A stretch of 59,676 nt of DNA, the filler included, from Sphacelaria rigidula (Eukaryota): assembly GCA_964200075.2 (NCBI GenBank). It is 5 parts of 5 records of this genome, joined end to end, with 100 filler letters (N's around TTAATTAATTAA, not from the genome) between each part and the next. Parts side by side here need not be neighbours in the genome. Positions count along the whole stretch, not along the records: positions 1 to 11,856 come from CAXNAA020004415.1; positions 11,957 to 23,812 come from CAXNAA020004416.1; 3 more parts are not named here. One strand, 5' to 3'. Position 1 is the first letter of the stretch. Each line of letters starts with the position of its first letter. The notes beneath the pieces were generated by a model. It searched no databases. It was not told the DNA's origin and saw only the letters and a program-made list of their open reading frames with translations. A program made the translations under genes and the position numbers. Shown piece by piece: positions 1 to 12,324 of the stretch.

Positions 1-512
1 GCTCCAAACAGAGAGGGTACCCAGGTTTGTCGCTAATGCACCATGGTATACCCTAGTGTGACGTTTGCCCAGAAAAAAAAACTCCTGTATGAGCCTTCCT
101 CTGTGCGAAAAAAGAGACATTCATCAATAATAGACTATAGGGGAGAATAAGAGCCCACCCACACCTTCTCTTGTGACCGATCCCGCGTCGTTTTATTTAT
201 TCCGGAGCCCACTTTTTCCAAATTTGAGGCGTCGGACCAGCTTGTATCGCAGCCCATCCCGAATCTGGCGGGACCCCGATTTGGCACAAATCGGGGGGAC
301 TCATATTCGCCTGCACGCCTGAATGTGGCATGGTTTCACAGATTTGTTGGAAATGTTCTGTACACGGAGGATCATTTTCTGCAGGGCTGCGGTGTCACAA
401 CGTAGCCGAAGAACAGGAAGGCAGTGAATCGCCTTTCAAGAGCAGCGTCGTACCGTGGTACTCTAGGGTCAAATGCGGTGCAATATACTCCACAATCACA
501 GTACATGGTAAT

Positions 513-954
513 GACACGGGATCTTACAAATTGGGGATGGATCTTTTATTGGGGATGAGAAACCCGGAGAATTAAAATCTTTGCATTCACGCCAAATCTT
601 CGAAATATGGTTCCATTTCTTCACCTACTGATAGCTACTGACAACTGCTACACGCCATAGAAATTTGGATTTTGATCACCGAAATGTTGGGGTCCTAGGT
701 GAAAAAATAATTTCGGAACCATTCTGGCGTCCGTTCGGACACCCGGAATTCCCGGAAATTGGTTTTCCACCTAGGACCCCAACATTTCGGTGATAGAAAT
801 CTAAATTTCTACGGTGATGTAGTTGTTAATAGGTATCAGTAGATGAAGAAATGGAACCATATTTCGAAGATTTGGTGTGGATACGAAGATTTTAGTTCTC
901 CGGGTTTCTCAATGCCAATAAAAGATCCATCCCCAATTTGTAAGATCCCGTGTT
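513..954. mobile_element. Foldback/hairpin MITE, about 440 bp, almost entirely palindromic
   Basis: ACACGGGATCTTACAAATTGGGGATGGATCTTTTATTGG at 514 is the reverse complement of the 915-953 end; imperfect pairing continues for about 200 bp; flanked by TAAT on both sides; diverged relative at about 52065-52480. Confidence 0.85.
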
Positions 955-1360
955 TAATGCCGTGGGTAATACATAACGATATAGTCGATATTGCGAGAAC
1001 GGTGCACAGTGGGCGACAAGAGTTCACGAGTGCGGTGCCATTTATCGCCCTTCAAAGTCAGCGACAGCAGAGGGTAGCACAGTACAGTACCGTCGGCTAT
1101 GGTTCACACAGACAGTAGAGCAGTGCAGCACAAAATATTACCATCGCGCCAGGGTACGGCGTCAATATTTCTTATCCGCTTGTCAAACCCCGTGTGAAGC
1201 GCCGAGTGAGGCGCAGCTCTGCAAGCACAGACATATCAGTAGTGCAAGGTTGTACGTAGCTCGGATTCGGCAGCGGTGTTGTCGGCAATATCTGTACTTC
1301 TACACCGTCTAACGGGAGGACTTACCTTAATATATGTTGGCATCGATTTCCTGGCCGGTT

Positions 1361-1497
1361 CGTGGTTGCTCTCTCCTCTATCCCTATGCAAAGTTTCACG
1401 AGGTCATGAACCGGGAATTCGATCACGGTGCGTGGTTGCTCTCTCCTCTATCCCTACGTAAAGCTTCGCGGGTGAATGAACCGGGAAGTCAATCACG
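1361..1497 (+). repeat. Two-copy tandem repeat, about 70 bp
   Basis: CGTGGTTGCTCTCTCCTCTATCCCTA...ATGAACCGGGAA..C.ATCACG at 1361 and 1431. Confidence 0.85.
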
Positions 1498-2519
1498 TAC
1501 TTTGACACCCCCTCCCACCTCAGCCACGGGCGGCGCCGGCACGCACAAGCGAAGACGATGAAGAAAGCAGCAATGAAGTTGGACGTTTTTGAGGGTGTGT
1601 AAAGTGGTTCGGAGAGCCGGATGGTGCGTGTAATGCCTCCGACCTCAAAAGGTGCCTTGTTCGAAGTTGCGACAGTCAAGTCTGAGAAAGTTCAATCAAG
1701 ACTCGCCCTGGTCAAAAGGGGTCAGAATGGGGGTGCACTCGTGTGCACCCCGAGACAGCAGCGAAATACAATGCCATGAGGACCAATGAAGTTGAATCTT
1801 GTTGAGGGCCTCTCAATTGACGTTATAAGAGCGATGGGGTGTTTTTTTCGCGCAGCGCGGCTTCGAATCAATTTGGGGAAAAGAAGTGCGTGGTTCGGAG
1901 CTTCATAATGAGGCCCGGACGGACACTTACTGAATTTCGTTCCAGTGAAAGCCTGTTCAATCCTATGGGCCTTGAAGGAAAAAACCACAAAATTCACCAA
2001 TCGAACAAACATGACAACTTTCGAAAACTTGCCCTCCGGGAAAGCGGGGAGGGTCTCCGCGTCCAATTTGTTTATCTCGGCAAACCCTTGGGCTAGATGG
2101 AAGTCGTTTTCATTTCGTGGATGCTGTTAGAAAACAATGTTCTGTTTTTCTTCTACACCTGTACCGCAGAGGATTTGGATGCATTTTATTAGCAGACGCG
2201 AGTAAGTACGGTGGTAAAGCAAGGAAAGGCAGCTATGATCGGGTTTGTCTGCCGTTCTGCCGACAGCGTCGCGTGAAGGCCACGAGACCCTTGCTGTCGG
2301 CGGTTGATGGCGCGGGTCTCGAATGCAACGACATGCGGTTGATCGTACAGCAGTCTCGTCTCTCCTCCCAGCTGGTTGTAGTAACATGACCTCATGACAT
2401 CGGAGTAATTATTAGATTATCATGGGAAGCACTGGTGCTCTTGTACCTATTATTACTCAGGTGCTCACACGGCCACCGCTGCAGATTGCGGCATGGGCGG
2501 ACTCCTACGCGCCACGCTA

Positions 2520-3120
2520 GCAAAAGTTAGGTCACCACCATAGGTATCTTTTTTCACTCCGCATGTCAAGAAGGTCTCCACAAGTGTTTGATCTCTCACG
2601 CACACACACCCCAACTGGCGTGTCGTCGAGCGCCCCGTTGGCGGGAGGGGGAGGTTGGGGACAATTAACGATGAATAACACCCCCTAATTTCAAATTGGA
2701 TCTATCTGTTTTTGCCGCAGCATCGTCCTTGCTGGCATGTGTGTGACAGAGAACAGTAGTAGCGGTGGCGGGAACATTGCCCTGTTTTTCAACGACATGT
2801 TTTTCAGTGCACAGACGCGCGTCTTGTCCAAAAAGAGAGGCAGAGAGAAATTGATCTTCGCATCAAGCAAGCAAGAAGAGACGAAATCTCTCCGCAGCTC
2901 TCGGTGTTCTGGCACAACATACATGGAAAATTGGGTACGTGCTGGTGACATCGATGATGCGAGTCTCTCGACCGATAGTGGTAATCGCCGAGCGAGGACA
3001 CGCAAAGGACACGGGCGAGGGGCTTCCTCTCTGTTGCTGCTTCTCTGTTGTTGCTTCTCTCTCTGGTGATATCGTCATCGACACGCGTGTACGCCGCATT
3101 CGTTGGGTGCACCTAGACAG
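2520..3120 (+). repeat. Interspersed repeat, about 600 bp; second copy at about 23915-24790
   Basis: Shared CCGCATGTCAAG.AGGTCTCCACAAGTGTTTGAT, GTGACAGAGAACAGTAG.AGCGGTG and GACACGCGTGTAC...GGTGCACCTAG. Confidence 0.85.
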
Positions 3121-3130
3121 AGTTGCCTAG

Positions 3131-3232
3131 CCCTTGGACCGCGGTGCCGGTAGTCCATCTGGATCACGTGTACTTTTTTCAAGTGAAAATTGATGCCGAT
3201 TTAGCAGGTGACCTACTCTCGCGGTCTAACGG
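3131..3232 (+). mobile_element. piggyBac-type MITE, 102 bp (copy 1)
   Basis: CCCTTGGACCGCG...CGCGGTCTAACGG followed by TTAA; left flank is CTAG; same length as and collinear with 10913-11014. Confidence 0.75.
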
Positions 3233-5988
3233 TTAACTTCTCCTGCGAAGTTTTGGGGAGGAAGATATTTTCGCTCTGTGTTACTCTTTCGTACCTCCCC
3301 TGCAATAGAGAAATGCGACTTTAACCTTATTTTAGTGTTGAACCCCAAAATTTAAAATCAACTGTTATTCCCCGATATGGGGCCTCTCGACCCAGCGTGC
3401 AGCTGCTTGACGCTTGACGGTGTCTCCTGTCTGCTCGAAGAATAGCAGTTTGCAACATATATTCTATAGCATACAGGGAAGCAAGTCCTGTACGTGTACT
3501 TAAAAACAGGCATGGTAGCGGCTGGGATTAGTTCGGGACGACCTACAGTGGCAGGAATTTGCCGGAAAACGGCTCTCGTCTCAGGACCGGCTTGTTGCGG
3601 GCCCTTGCGAATGTAGGGCGACGGCGAAAACACGAACAAGATTTATCCTTCAGTACAACTTTACGCTTCCGAAAAACAACACATCACCATACCCCGGGTG
3701 CGTGCGGCAGACCTTCATTTTGGAGCCACTTCTCACAAGGGCCCAGCCGAGCCCACTCCGGTTTCACCGCCGCAATTCAAGACCGCAACGTCACTAACAC
3801 TGAATCAAATTGAAATTGGGTGCGCCCTGGATACAGGGAATTCTATGGGAACGATATTATTGGTAACGGCCCTTTGGGGAAGTAGAACTAAGAGTATTCT
3901 GTGTGCGATCTATATGCGTTCGGGAAACGTTTGAAGGGAGATGACTGTGCTGTTGGGATATTGTCATGATGGTTGGGTTGCCGCACTTACAGTGGTCCGC
4001 CCCACCCCACCTCAATGTGTGTTCTTAAGCCTTGCTGGTAGCAAAATACTCGATCTATAATACGTTTATCAAACTTTTGTTTCTCGTAGGACTCGACTAC
4101 ACAGAAGGAACTGTATGAAGCGTGCTGTCACAGTGAACTTGAACTGGAGTTGTGAGATCACTCAGGCCTGAAGACGCCGACAATGCCTTGTACGCACCGA
4201 TCATTTTCAATTTCACCCAATACAACCAAGTGAATGCTCATACCATGGCAGCGGCAGGGAAGTCGCCTGTCTACGATGTCAAAGTTGCTACTTCGTGGTT
4301 GGTGCCTTGTGATGAGGATGAGTTGTGATAATGGATGTCCCACGTTTGTTGCCGTGGGTATGTTGATTGTGGACTGTGACAATGAACAAAACGTTTGTGA
4401 GAATGAGTGAGTTTCATTATTCGTTCTAACTTGACCAATTTTTCATTTGGTGTGTGCATTTATTTGCCTGAAATCCTGCCGTGTGCTTACGGCTACACGT
4501 CGATATCCTACGCAGAGATATCAAAGGCTTTAGTGGCAAGCTACTACAGAACGTATCGAGCCTCGCATAAGGCCCGGAGCGGCATTTCGGAACTAAAATT
4601 ATTTCATTCATTCATTCATTAATTGGCCGCTTCTCACTCTCAATCGTATCGTAGACTAAGTCTCGCGAATACATTGTTAGTGGCGGTGGATGCGGTTCAT
4701 GTTCCTCGCTATCCTGAGTTCTGGAGCAACACTTCATACTCGCCCAAACCTCAGCCGTTGCACCATATGAAATCTCTTCAAAGGCGCCGTTGAGGGGTCC
4801 TATCTGCTCATGATCTTGCCTTTTCGACGCCTCTTCATTTCCATAGGAAAATCCCGTTCTCATTATCATACTTCATCAAGATACTTCGAAGAGCACAGAG
4901 GCTCTCCTTATAAAACTTGAGGTGCAAAACTCCATTTGTCACCCTGCGGTACACGATGATTCCCGTCCCGAACGGCAGGCACCTACATTGGAACATTTTC
5001 ATACCATGACGCTTCCGCATCAAGAGCGCACGGAATATCTCCCGTGCAGCATACGCTTCGTAAGTCCAATTCAGCCACGAAAAATACAACAAATTCATCT
5101 ACGCTAGGTCTTACACAAGGGTGGAGTACATGTTTGCAAAGTACCGCGGTTGTACGTGACTCTAGGCTGTTTGCAGCTTCATCACGCCCCACACCACATT
5201 CCTGCGGCTTACAGGTAGGTAACACGCAATTTGAATTTGAGCCCAGCAGTCCCCACAATCCTGTGGGGAAACGGATGCTGTATGTTCCAAGACGTTACCA
5301 TAGAAACGCAGATATTTGAAGTATTCCCCCACCGCTAGGGCGAACAACAGCAATCAGCCGCCAGGTAAACAGCCCATCCCAAATTCATGATAAAGGTGCA
5401 CCATGTTCACATAACGCCAAGTATCTAACGACACATATTTTTGGTCGACCGGGAACCCATGCTCATATAACGCTACAAATCTAACAAAACATTTTGTTGG
5501 TCGCAACAGTAACCCACATAAGGATCTTTACCCCAATCTCCTCTTCTGCGGATATGCTCGCACACACGCTTACTGGGGTCTACACTTAGAATATGCTGTC
5601 GCGTAAGGGAACAAACACTCTCGTAGATCTGAGGTAAAATCTCACCCCACGAGCACATGACAGAAACCAAGACGCACGGGTACGAGAAGAAACCGATCAT
5701 CTCAACCGGGAAACCAAGGCACAACACGAAATACGCCCTTCATTTAAGGGGACCACGACACAACAACCTCTCAACAGCGGCTAGCGCAAACACCACATGC
5801 ATCTCGTTTTTTCTCTTCCGGTCAAGTTCCAATCGCCTCTTAGCGCGCGCTACACTGGCTTCGGCTGCTGACACTGGCACTACACTCGCATCACCACCCA
5901 TTGCCATCACGACAGCCGAGCCAGTAGCAACACCTCCTCGAACCACGGTCACCATCACAGAGGCCACCGCCACTCTGACTACCGCCAC

Positions 5989-6032
5989 CTATGGGCCGCG
6001 AACTCCTCTTCCGACTGCCGCCGCCGCCGCCG

Positions 6033-6070
<38 letters not shown>

Positions 6071-9000
6071 CCAAAGCCGGGGCCATACTGTCCCAGGTGA
6101 CGGGCGCTTGCCAAGACACACGGTGCTGCAGCAGCGGTGACGGCGGCCACCGCCGCGACCTCATCCGAGTTTTTCGACGACGACGCTGCTTGTTTTCGGG
6201 GGTGATGGTGGCCTTGTTTATGAAGGTAATTATACCGTGATGGTGGTCGTGGTTGTACCACCGCAGCTGCTACAGACGGCGATGGTGCTGTTGTTGGTGC
6301 CCGGCGATGCAGATGCCGGCCACAGCGATGCCAGGATGATCGCATGCGAGGCAAGTGGTTGTCACAGAGTACGCGATCACTGGTCCCGGGGTTATACTGC
6401 ATGCGTTTACCGTTCCAGTAGTCGTAGCGCTGCCCCCTTCGTTGCTGAGCGGGGTCCGACCCCACCCGCATACACTTCGTCGCATGCTCATGAGTGACGC
6501 AACCACTCCACGAAGTCCATCTACCTATACACATTCCTGGAGGCTGAAATAACCAGCGCGTGTGAGACAGCGCACTACCTCTTTCCTGCCATCTCATTGG
6601 CAGCAGCTGGTCAACGCCACGATCGCTGAACGTTCCGCAACCCTGCTCATCAGTGTGCGGCAAAAGTAACCCCCCCCGTGCCGTGTGGTGTCTATTCCAC
6701 GCCAACAAGAGCCCTTCCAATGCCGAGACCAAGCTAGCACTGCACCCGTACCAGTGGTGATAACCCAATACACCGCCGTCATCGCCACCCACTGGCACGG
6801 GAAGTACAGCAGGTGCCGTGAACCACACAGGCTTCTCCAACCCATCTCGCTTGTTCGTGTTGCTCGCCCCCGCCCCCGTTGCGTTGGGCGTACTCCCGGC
6901 TGATTTTACCCCGCTCTGCCCTACACCATGAGTACCCTCGCCGCTGCCGTCGCCACCTCCGCCCCCCCGGCCTCGGATATTTCTCAACCAGTCCCGTATT
7001 CGGCGCACAGGAGCAGCAGCTCCGGTGGATGTTTCCTCCGCATTGTTGTTGCCAGCCTTGTTGCTCGTGGCGCCGATTCTGTTGTCCGACGTGGCGTTAC
7101 TGCCATTTTGCGAGGTAAGGTCGTCAGGTGGGGGCTTTTGTCTAGCTCCACCACCGCCCGCGAGCAGCTTGCCCTCGGCGCCGACCTTGAAATGGTCGCT
7201 CGAGAAGAGCACGTTGTTGGCACTGTTCGTACCGCCGGCTTCGACAGGAGTACACTTTTCCAGCCTGACGTCCTCTCCGATGTTGTTTCCTGCGCCTACA
7301 GCAATGCTGTCGCACGCAACCGCAACCGGCGGAGTCAGTAGGACGGACGGATGCGGCATGACTAAACCTGAACCTGATGAAGTACTCTCCTGTCCGTGTT
7401 GCTCCTGTGGAAGCTGTCCGTGGTGGGGCGGCGGCTCAACATGGCGTACCTCTCCTCTCTGCTCTGGTGCGGCAGCAGCATCATGAGTGCCATCGGGCTG
7501 CTGTTGCTGTAGTGCTCGCTGCCGTCTTCGGTATTCACGGCTTTCTGCTTTAAGCTCGTAGTAGCCCTCCCAGGAATGAGAGCTGTAGTCGAAACTCAGA
7601 CCGAACTGCATGAAGGCGGCGAACCCAGTGAGCTCGATCTGTCGTTATGTGAACACGCAATGAGGGCAAAAATAGAAGCACCAGCAAACAAACCCGTAAC
7701 CGGCCCTGCTCACAGCATAAAAACAGTTCAGCACAAGGTAAATGCGGGGCCTACCGAAAGAACTGGAGGACTTGGATATCTTGTAGGTGGTGAGTTCGGG
7801 CTCAGAACGACACCATGGGCAAGAGCAACAGCACGGTTACAGCCCCTTGAGCAGAAACAGCAGCAGCAGCAGCAGCAGCATCAACGACAACCGGAACGTT
7901 GTTGCCCGCTTTTGAAACTATGCACCATCTACCCATCACGACAGCGACAGGCGTCGAAAACTTTGTCATTGTTTCATGTGCAACGGCTTCGGATCGGCAA
8001 CACATGAAGAGGGGGAATGAGGGCAATGGGGGTGTGTACTCATGATCTTGCATGCCAAAGTTATATGACTTTTGACCTCGCACCCCTACAAAGCCGGGAC
8101 GGAGCGCGTCAAGTTTTCGCCGGACCAGGGGTAGGGGGAACACGGCTATGAAGCCAAGAAGCTTCAAAAACGAACTTCAAGCCGATCGAAGAAAATATGC
8201 ACGTCCGGATTCGAGATATTGATACAAGTTGACTACGAGTCAAAAAGATCAAAATGATGCGGGAATTGGCAAGAACAACAGCGAGGCGGTTTAGTTTCGG
8301 GGTTTCTGGGACAGACATACTGCAACTTTTAAGGTGTACCAATGATATTGCATGTAGTCTTGACCTCCCTCACAGAGCGCGTTCGTCACCTAAAGGATGA
8401 AATACGGCCAGCTTGCGACGTGGGCGAACTGTGCACGAGTAGATGGAAACTAATGGCCAAATTGATCAATACAAACAATCGAAATGATCACTTCAACCCA
8501 TTTTGGCTAGGTTTCGACCTCTGTTTTTCTGGATAAATGCATGGTCTTTCTGGGAAGCAGTCGCCGACGATCTACAAACCCTCCACACACCACGCACTGC
8601 TAGGCCCTGGATTGTTGACCCGAAAATACGGTTCCGAGACGAGACTCGCATTCTAGTGGATGAAATATGACGTTTTTTTCCCCTTGGTCAGAAGGCACGA
8701 GTGTCCAGGTGGCTGCCCGCCTGATCACGCTTCATTTCTGCTCCGATACGATGTTTCGGATACCACCCCCCCACGGAACCGCTCCCTTAAAACCCGGCGT
8801 ACTCTAATCAAGTCACAGCATGGAACCAGTCGACTGTGAAGGCAAATAAAAAAAGCGCGCCTAGAACCACACACGACCGGAAAAATGAAAAATTTGCATG
8901 CAATTATCCAAATTGGAATATCAAATCAAATTTGTCAATACATGCCGCCTTCCCCCCCTACTCCCTCTCCCCCAAGAACCCGGCGTGCTCCGTTCAGGCT

Positions 9001-9311
9001 TTGTATGGATGCGAGGTCAATGGCCTTGTGACTTCGGCATGCAAGATCATGAGTGCACCCCCCCACGCCCCCCCCCCCCGGCAATTCCTGCACCTCTTGT
9101 CCTTCCAAGTATTCATGGCACCCACATTTCTGCGCATGGCGAGGCGAACGACGTCCTTGGCCGAGGCCTTTCCGCTGTAGATGAGAAGGAAATACTTGTA
9201 TGGGACCCGAACTCGGCCCTTTGCTGGATCGGCTCCTACGTCGGGTTTTCCGAGCGTCACCACCACCCGGGGACGCGGCTTTTCCCTCCCCGGGATTACA
9301 ACGGTAGCGTC
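5989..9311 (-). CDS. Putative multi-exon gene of unknown function, Gly/Ala/Gln-rich; exons 9311-9094, 7845-7755 and 7638 downward; 5' end not located; 3' part possibly pseudogenised
   Basis: A 540-aa GC-rich ORF (5989-7611) is preceded by a CAG acceptor (exon starts 7638). Two upstream segments with AG/GT boundaries join in consistent phase: DATVVIPG...NTWKDK-R-GCNRAVAL...PPVLS-IELTGFAAFMQFGLSFDYSSHSWEGYYELK. No domain recognised. Confidence 0.55.
8025..9080. mobile_element. About 1.05-kb segment bounded by about 120-bp inverted repeats starting with a G-run (non-autonomous TIR element, or two opposed copies)
   Basis: GGGGGTGTGTACTCATGATCTTGCATGCC.AAGT at about 8028 versus ACTTCGGCATGCAAGATCATGAGTGCACCCCCC at about 9031-9063; third diverged copy at about 42846-42946. 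Confidence 0.7.
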
Positions 9312-10912
9312 CTGATATGCATCATTCGACATGAAAATAAAAATATGGAAAAATAAATTTTGAAAAAATGAAGCGAAGCGGAAAAGAGGTGATATAAAAA
9401 ACAGGGGGGCACTGTCGCGGCGACCAATCAACATGCTGCTCTTGTACGTCTTCTTTGTTTCCCTTTTTTTTTCCCGTCAAAATGGGTACTCGGGCTGTTT
9501 CTTCCGGTTCGTATTTTCCCCTCACATTTTGCTGAAAAATACGAGGAAAAATACCGCTACAGTGTAGGAAAATACAATAATGAGATATGTTGGCCCGATC
9601 TTACGGTTGCAGAAATATTTTTGAGGGGGTAGGGGGGTACCAAAAGAGCGGGGAGGTACCAAAAGTACGGTCAGCGGAATTCAACGGGGTGTGCACGCCA
9701 AGGCGAGGTACAAAGACTTGGAGACTTCGCCATGCCAAGCTTCCTGTGCTGGTGTGAGAAGACGTGAAACATAGACCTCCCCTGATCGCTGCTGGCCTAG
9801 CTCGTACTGTGTGCAAACTGACATCTTCATCCTATACTGCCGTATGCCGTATGCGGCAGTACAGACGGTAGTACTGTCTACTACTGTCTGCACTGCACTT
9901 CTCCACATCAATTTTAATTCAGCCGTTGTATGTTACTGTCCACAACCTGACATGTGCGCATGTATACTGCCGTATGCGGCAGTACAGACAGTACTGTTTA
10001 GTAATGTTTGCCCTGCACATTGTCCACATCATATTTAGTGTGGCCGTTGTACGCTGGTGGCAAACTGACATCCGCACCTCCTGTTGAACGCGGCAGGACA
10101 AGCCTGGTACTGTCTGCACTGCACGCTGTCCAGATCATTTTCGGCAGCCGTTGGGTGCGACATGGCATCTGCATCCTACTGTTCAACGCCGCAGTGCAGA
10201 CAGTACAGTACTCCCTAGTGTTGCCTGTATTACACGTTGTCCACATGTCTTACGTTATCCGCACCATTTTTACTACAGGTGTGTGTACTACCGTCGTGTG
10301 CAAATTGACACCTACAACTCACTGCATGAGACAGCACAGACAGTATACTGTAATCTCTGAGCTGGGTACTGTCTGTACTGCATGTTTTCAAGAGCACGGT
10401 CGATGCCAAATAGATCATCAACCCCTGACAACGTCTCGCGTACGCCAGGATGGCGAAGCAAAGTTTGGTCTGGTGTATAAACGGCGCTGGCGATGTTCGA
10501 CATTGCTGTCAGGAGAGCCCCGCAGATGACGAAGGGCACAACCATCTTCAGGGCTGGCGGGCGCTGCTGGTCTCGCCGCGCCGCGAATGAAAAATACGAG
10601 AGCAAAACACGAGTCGATCTCGTCTCGTATTTTAAAATATATATACAAAAAAATGCAAGCCAGGAGGGCTCATCTCATAAAATTTCCCTCGTCTCGTATT
10701 TTTTCCCGAGAATCTCGTGAAGATACGAACCGTAAAAAGTGTCTACCCTGTTGACATCTGAGTGGACTGGCCAGGGATGAGGGCTCATCGTGAATGGGCA
10801 TCATTTTCACTTGAGGATTACTGAACATAATGCCGATTCACAAGCGCATCCTGCATGCAGACCCCACATCCCCACACCTGGTTGGCGGGAATCCAGTCCC
10901 AAAAGGGGTTAA

Positions 10913-11014
10913 CCCTTAGACCGCGGTGCGGGTAGTCCATCTGGATCCCTCACGCTTTTTTCAAGTGAATATTTATGCCGATTCAGCAGGTGACCTACTC
11001 TCGCGGTGTAAGGG
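10913..11014 (+). mobile_element. piggyBac-type MITE, 102 bp (copy 2)
   Basis: TTAA|CCCTTAGACCGCG...CGCGGTGTAAGGG|TTAA: TTAA duplication and CCC/GGG termini typical of piggyBac. Confidence 0.88.
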
Positions 11015-11856
11015 TTAAATAAACCCAATCATGGGGATAAGAGGAAAAACACACACACACTCCGCACTTTTTTCCCATTCTTGTTTCTCTCACTCCCCAT
11101 CGCAACCCCGTCTTTTTTCGACACGAGTGTGCAGTCTCTCAAGGGATCAACTCCATCCCCCGTGCCCCCGCCCACACTGTCTGTGACCTACCTTCCTCTT
11201 CATTCTCCAACACTGGATCAGTACATCCCGCATTTCATCGTTTTTTTTCACCAAAATCTCATATCTTCAACCATTCTACTTTTTCGCATTCCTCGGATTC
11301 CGTGCAAACTACATTAAAAAAAAAAAACTCTGGTGGTGATGTCCGAATTTCGAACACAACGGAAAACTCACCCCCCTCGAAAAAGCACTGTTTTTTATGT
11401 ACCTCCGGGGTGAGGCGGAATTGAACAGTACACACTTCATGAGAAAAAAACGACATCCAACCAAGCTACTTAAACCCAGTGACTTCGAAGTACTTGGTCG
11501 TTATCCAGTGAGTCAGTCCATGCTCGCCAACTCGTGTTGGATATCGTATCGAAAGTTTCGATATATCGTATCGAAATATCGTTATCGTTATTGTACCGAA
11601 AACATTTCGATAAAACGATAAAACGTGGGGTGTGATTATTGGGTTTTGTCGAGTCCGGACACGTTTCCTTCTAGGCTGGGAGATCTTGATTAGGCCAATT
11701 TCGATGGGGATATATAAAGCCATATGTCCCGATTTGCTTGCCTCCGGGGGCGGCTCCCGCGGGACCCCCTCACGAGCCGGGGGGGGGGGGGGGTACTCAT
11801 GAGCATGCGTGCCATAGGCCGCGGGAGAGTGACTTGGCAGCCCTACAAGGCCGGGA

Positions 11857-11956
11857 NNNNNNNNNNNNNNNNNNNNNNNNNNNNNNNNNNNNNNNNNNNN
11901 TTAATTAATTAANNNNNNNNNNNNNNNNNNNNNNNNNNNNNNNNNNNNNNNNNNNN
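11857..11956. other. Artificial 100-nt spacer
   Basis: 44 N + TTAATTAATTAA + 44 N. Confidence 0.98.
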
Positions 11957-12324
11957 TATGTGCGCCAAATCTCGGGGTAGATGTCGAGTTAGGTGAAGGT
12001 GAGGGTATCTATCGTCTCCCCTTGCTCCAGAGAATGTCCACACGAAAGTTCGTCGTCATCCACTGAATGCATCGATCGGGGGTTCTATATAGATTTTAGC
12101 ATAGACGCCATCTCCGTTAGGTATAGGAATTACTACACATGGGGTTTAATCAACGAGAAAATATGAGCCCGAAATTTTGAGCAGATGGGCACCTTCCCCT
12201 TGGTTAGACGATGAATACGATATGCGGATCACGGCCCAACTCGTCCATGTCGATGAAATATTGCTTTCAGAGCTTAAATTCGTTTTTAGGCTGGCCCAGC
12301 TCGTAGACACGGAATGACGTTGCC

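Noticed and set aside
10312..10605. Signal-peptide-like first exon (MVVPFVICGALLTAM...) of the minus-strand gene
   Set aside because: No convincing donor site linking it to 9311, and it lies among transposon-like subrepeats
11901..11912. TTAATTAATTAA as a biological motif or piggyBac site
   Set aside because: Identical in all four N-spacers; an artificial linker with stops in all six frames
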